Assembly: GCA_009777795.1 (NCBI GenBank)
Contig: WRLC01000001.1
Coordinates: 61,509 to 125,508, forward strand
Reading direction: 5' to 3'
Origin: Candidatus Saccharimonadota bacterium
GTDB lineage: Bacteria; Patescibacteriota; Saccharimonadia; Saccharimonadales; Saccharimonadaceae
Length of the DNA stretch: 64,000 nt
The position numbers and the translations under genes are program-made. Shown one piece after another: positions 61,104-64,000 of the stretch (positions are counted from its first letter, which is position 1; every line of letters starts with the position of its first letter). A model generated the notes under the pieces. That model ran no database searches, was not told the origin of the DNA, and saw only the letters and a program-made list of their open reading frames with translations.

Positions 61104-63062
61104 TTATATCATATGTTGCTCGAGCGCGCGAATTTGGTCGCGGAGTTGCCCGGCATCTTCGAAACGGAGCTCGGCGGCGGCGAGCTGCATTTGGCCGGTC
61201 AGTTCGTGAATTAGCTCTTTGACTTCGCTTTTCGGGACCTTCCTGAGGTCGAGTTTGGTTGGTTGGTCCTTTTTGGGGGCGATGGCGCGGAGGCCTTCGG
61301 TGATGTTTTTCTGGATGCCTTCGGGGGTGATGCCGTGGGTTTGGTTGTATTCTTGCTGGACGGCGCGGCGGGCTTCGGTCTCGCCAATGGCGCGGGCCAT
61401 GCTGTCGGTGATGTTGTCGGCGTACATGATGACTTGGCCGTTTAAGTGCCGGGCGGCGCGGCCGATGGTTTGGATGAGGGCGGACTCGCTCCGGAGGAAG
61501 CCCTCTTTGTCGGCGTCAAGGATGGCGACGAGCGAAACTTCCGGCAAGTCGAGGCCTTCACGCAGTAAATTGATGCCAACGAGGACGTCATAGACGCCGC
61601 TACGGAGGTCGCGGAGGATGTCGGAGCGCTCTAAGGTGGGGATGTCGGAATGGAGGTAGGCAGTTTTGATTTTCAGTTCTTGCAAGTAGATGGAGAGGTC
61701 TTCGGCCATTTTTTTGGTTAGGGTGGTAATGAGGACGCGTTGGCCGAGCTTGACGCGTTGGTCGATCTCTTCGACGAGGTCGTCGACTTGGTGTTTGACG
61801 GGGCGGACGATGATTTCGGGGTCTAAGAGGCCAGTGGGGCGGACGACTTGGCGGACAGGGTCGGGCGAGACGCCAAGCTCAAATTCGCTCGGTGTGGCGG
61901 AGACGAAGATGACGCGGTGGATTTTGTGGTAGAATTCGTCGAATTTGAGGGGGCGGTTGTCGAGGGCGGAGGGGAGGCGAAAGCCGTAGTCGACGAGGTT
62001 TTGCTTGCGGGCGCGGTCGCCGTTATACATGCCGCGGACTTGGGGGATGGTGATGTGGCTCTCGTCGACAAAAAGCAGGAAGTCGTCGGGGAAGTAGTCG
62101 ATGAGAGTGCTGGGCGGGGCGCCCTCCTCGCGGCCGGAAAGGTGGCGCGAGTAATTTTCGATGCCTTTGACAAAGCCGGTGGCCTCGAGCATTTCGAGGT
62201 CGTATTTGGTGCGCTGGGAGAGGCGCTCGGCCTCGAGATGGCGGCCGCGCTCTAAGAAATAGGCGTGGCGGTCTTTGAACTCGGCGCGGATGCCTTGGAT
62301 AGCGGCGGTGATCTTGTCTTTGGGGGTGGCGTAGTGGGAGGCGGGGAAGAGGAAAATCTCGGAGAGCTCCTGAAGTGTGTTGCCGGTCAAGGGGTCAATG
62401 AGTTTGAGTTTTTCGACTTGGTCGAAGGCGAGCTCGATACGGATGGCGTGCTCACCACCGGCAGGATAAATATCAATGGTGTCGCCCTTGACGCGGAAGG
62501 TACCGCGCTTGAAGTCAATGTCGTTTCGGTGGTAGAGGATGTTGGTGAGGAAGCGGGTCAGCCACTGGACAGGGTGGGAATCGCCAACTTTGAGCAGGAG
62601 CGACATGTCTTGGTAGTCGCTGGGGTCGCCGATGCCGTAGATACAGGAGACGCTGGCGATGACAATGACGTCTTGGCGGGTGAGTAAGGCGGCGGTGGCG
62701 GCGTGGCGCATTTTTTCGATTTCGTCGTTGATGGCACTGTCTTTTTCAATGTAGGTATCGGAGGCGGCGATGTAGGCCTCGGGCTGGTAGTAGTCGAAGT
62801 AGGAGACAAAGTAGTGGACGGCGTTATCGGGAAAAAATTGCTTGAACTCGGCGAAGAGTTGGGCGGCGAGGGTTTTATTGTGGGCGAGGATGAGGGCCGG
62901 GCGGCCGTAGTTTTGGATGACGTTGGCCATGGTGAAGGTCTTGCCCGAGCCGGTGACGCCAAGTAGAGTTTGCTCGCGTTGGCGGGTGAGCCCTTGACCG
63001 AGAGCTTTGATAGCCTTAGGTTGGTCGCCGGCCGGTTGATAAGGGCTTTGGAGGTTAAACAT
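61104..63062 (-). CDS. uvrB: Excinuclease ABC subunit B
   Basis: GVTGSGKTFTMANVI Walker A, DESH box, helicase motifs and a C-terminal UVR domain (AAAELRFEDAGQLRDQI). Confidence 0.95.
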   Translation of the reverse strand: MFNLQSPYQPAGDQPKAIKALGQGLTRQREQTLLGVTGSGKTFTMANVIQNYGRPALILAHNKTLAAQLFAEFKQFFPDNAVHYFVSYFDYYQPEAYIAASDTYIEKDSAINDEIEKMRHAATAALLTRQDVIVIASVSCIYGIGDPSDYQDMSLLLKVGDSHPVQWLTRFLTNILYHRNDIDFKRGTFRVKGDTIDIYPAGGEHAIRIELAFDQVEKLKLIDPLTGNTLQELSEIFLFPASHYATPKDKITAAIQGIRAEFKDRHAYFLERGRHLEAERLSQRTKYDLEMLEATGFVKGIENYSRHLSGREEGAPPSTLIDYFPDDFLLFVDESHITIPQVRGMYNGDRARKQNLVDYGFRLPSALDNRPLKFDEFYHKIHRVIFVSATPSEFELGVSPDPVRQVVRPTGLLDPEIIVRPVKHQVDDLVEEIDQRVKLGQRVLITTLTKKMAEDLSIYLQELKIKTAYLHSDIPTLERSDILRDLRSGVYDVLVGINLLREGLDLPEVSLVAILDADKEGFLRSESALIQTIGRAARHLNGQVIMYADNITDSMARAIGETEARRAVQQEYNQTHGITPEGIQKNITEGLRAIAPKKDQPTKLDLRKVPKSEVKELIHELTGQMQLAAAELRFEDAGQLRDQIRALEQHMI

Positions 63063-63492
63063 CTTGGCAGACTAGCTTGACGGCGACGTCAACATCAGTG
63101 GCGCCGTAAGGTTCGCGGGGGATGATTTGGGCGACGGTGTTTTGGGCATCGCAACCAGAGCGGTCGATAAAGCGGGCTTTGAGGTCGGTTTTGTCAGCAT
63201 TTTTGCCGATAAAGATACGATCAAGGGGAACAACTAGGCCGCCGGTCTCTTCGATGTGGCGGAGGGCGGTGGTGGCGGCTTCAACGCCGCTTTCGGCGAT
63301 GATGCGCTCACGGTAGTCGGCAAAGTAATTGTGGGCGAGGTCGCTCATTTTGCGGGTCAGATAGGCTTCGTTATAGAACCACCAGCCATTACGATGCGCC
63401 AAGTACCAAGTACAGCTGGCGGCGAGTAAGAGGACAGCCAGAATAATACACCATATCCGCAGTGCTTTTGTATGTTTTTGTCGTCGTTTCAT
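63055..63492 (-). CDS. Membrane-anchored hypothetical protein upstream of uvrB
   Basis: Internal start MKRRQKHTKALRIWCIILAVLLLAAS at 63492 with an AAAGGTG SD-like sequence. 8-nt overlap with the uvrB start. The track ORF extension to 63774 is antisense to the next gene. Confidence 0.45.
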   Translation of the reverse strand: MKRRQKHTKALRIWCIILAVLLLAASCTWYLAHRNGWWFYNEAYLTRKMSDLAHNYFADYRERIIAESGVEAATTALRHIEETGGLVVPLDRIFIGKNADKTDLKARFIDRSGCDAQNTVAQIIPREPYGATDVDVAVKLVCQDV

Positions 63493-63541
63493 ATGCTTTA
63501 CACCTTTCCCGCCTCTATTTACTTTTATTTTAGCATGAGCG

Positions 63542-63550
63542 TGATATAAT
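63542..63550 (+). promoter_or_regulatory. Extended -10 promoter element
   Basis: TGaTATAAT ends 6 nt before ATG 63557. No SD. Confidence 0.4.
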
Positions 63551-63556
63551 AGCAAT

Positions 63557-64000
63557 ATGAATTTGTTTGAAAAAATAAAAAAGGTGATGACTACCCCAAT
63601 TGGTGGCTCGGGCGCGAAGGCGCAGCAGGCGGCCGGGGCGCCGACGGAAGCGACCAAGCCAATCCCAGCGGCGAGTACGGTGGTGAGCGGGGCGGGCGGG
63701 GCGCCGTTGATTCCGGCGAGCTCGGTTATCAACGCCCTGACTGACGGAGTGATGGCATTAGATAGGTTTGGCAATATCCGGCTGGTTAACCCGGCGGCTT
63801 TGCGGTTGACTGGTTTTGCGCTGGCGAACGATGCGGTGGGGCTGAATTATTCGAGCGTGGTGGCGCTGTTTGACGCGGCGGATAATGCAGTGCCGGACAA
63901 TGATAACCCGATTCGGGCGGCGTTGTCGAAGAGTACAAATTATACGAGCCGGACGCTAAAGATTTTCAACCAAGAGCAGAAAACGAAGATTCCGGTGGTG
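63557..64000 (+). CDS. PAS-domain sensor protein (probable histidine kinase), 3' end outside window
   Basis: The frame is open from ATG 63557 to the window end; it is absent from the track because no stop is reached. INALTDGVMALDRFGNIRLVNPAALRLTGF is a typical PAS N-terminal cap. Confidence 0.55.
   Translation, partial: MNLFEKIKKVMTTPIGGSGAKAQQAAGAPTEATKPIPAASTVVSGAGGAPLIPASSVINALTDGVMALDRFGNIRLVNPAALRLTGFALANDAVGLNYSSVVALFDAADNAVPDNDNPIRAALSKSTNYTSRTLKIFNQEQKTKIPVV

Noticed and set aside
61040-61222. ORF 61040..61222 (+) next to the TR region.
   Set aside because: It mostly overlaps the uvrB 3' end antisense, is Arg-rich shadow composition and has no start context.
63493-63774. N-terminal 94 codons of track ORF 63055..63774 (-).
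   Set aside because: They run through the intergenic promoter and antisense to the PAS-domain gene that starts at 63557. The internal Met at 63492 has an SD-like site and begins a TM helix.
1-64000. CRISPR arrays, IS elements or transposases, integrases, prophage genes, toxin-antitoxin pairs.
   Set aside because: No regularly spaced direct repeats and no recognisable transposase, integrase or phage motifs appear in any ORF. The only long repeat found is the DGR VR/TR pair.

Overview
This 64-kb chromosomal window comes from a small-genome bacterium. Gene content and style suggest a CPR/Patescibacteria organism, possibly Saccharibacteria-like, but that is inference only. The supporting observations are phosphoketolase plus acetate kinase genes, many trimmed housekeeping proteins, ATGA/GTGA-coupled operons, many secreted wall-active or adhesin-like proteins, and a standard code with TGA stops and RF2 present. 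I call about 60 protein genes and 6 tRNAs, all with encoded CCA. Housekeeping genes recognised include nusB, rnc, secA, lysS, ackA, hrcA, mscL, hpt, pnp, recX, hisS, rplS, pepN, prfB, rnj, smpB, xth, grpE, fusA and uvrB. There are no rRNA genes, CRISPR arrays, transposases or prophage genes. All family calls rest on motifs recognised by eye; no database search was possible.

The main finding is a complete diversity-generating retroelement (DGR) at 56.7-60.8 kb.
- The target is a secreted IPT/TIG plus Fib_succ_major (C-type-lectin-fold) protein whose last 59 codons form a variable region (VR).
- It is followed by a double-length Avd-like ORF and a DGR-type reverse transcriptase (YVDD, IGNLTSQ).
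- A 184-nt template repeat (TR) differs from the VR at 22 positions, all of them TR adenines.
- The TR lies downstream of the RT on the opposite strand, directly 3' of uvrB. That is not the canonical layout.

Other observations:
- A roughly 10-kb block (38.9-48.8 kb) has inverted GC skew, which suggests a recent inversion.
- A codon-usage and skew break occurs inside the DGR target gene.
- A promoter, small ORF with a G11 tract, and terminator-like hairpin precede the DGR target.
- Phosphoketolase is split into two ORFs.
- Extended -10 promoters recur directly against start codons, suggesting leaderless mRNAs.
- A G9 tract sits inside a PhoH-like ATPase gene.
- Two intergenic regions are structured and unexplained.
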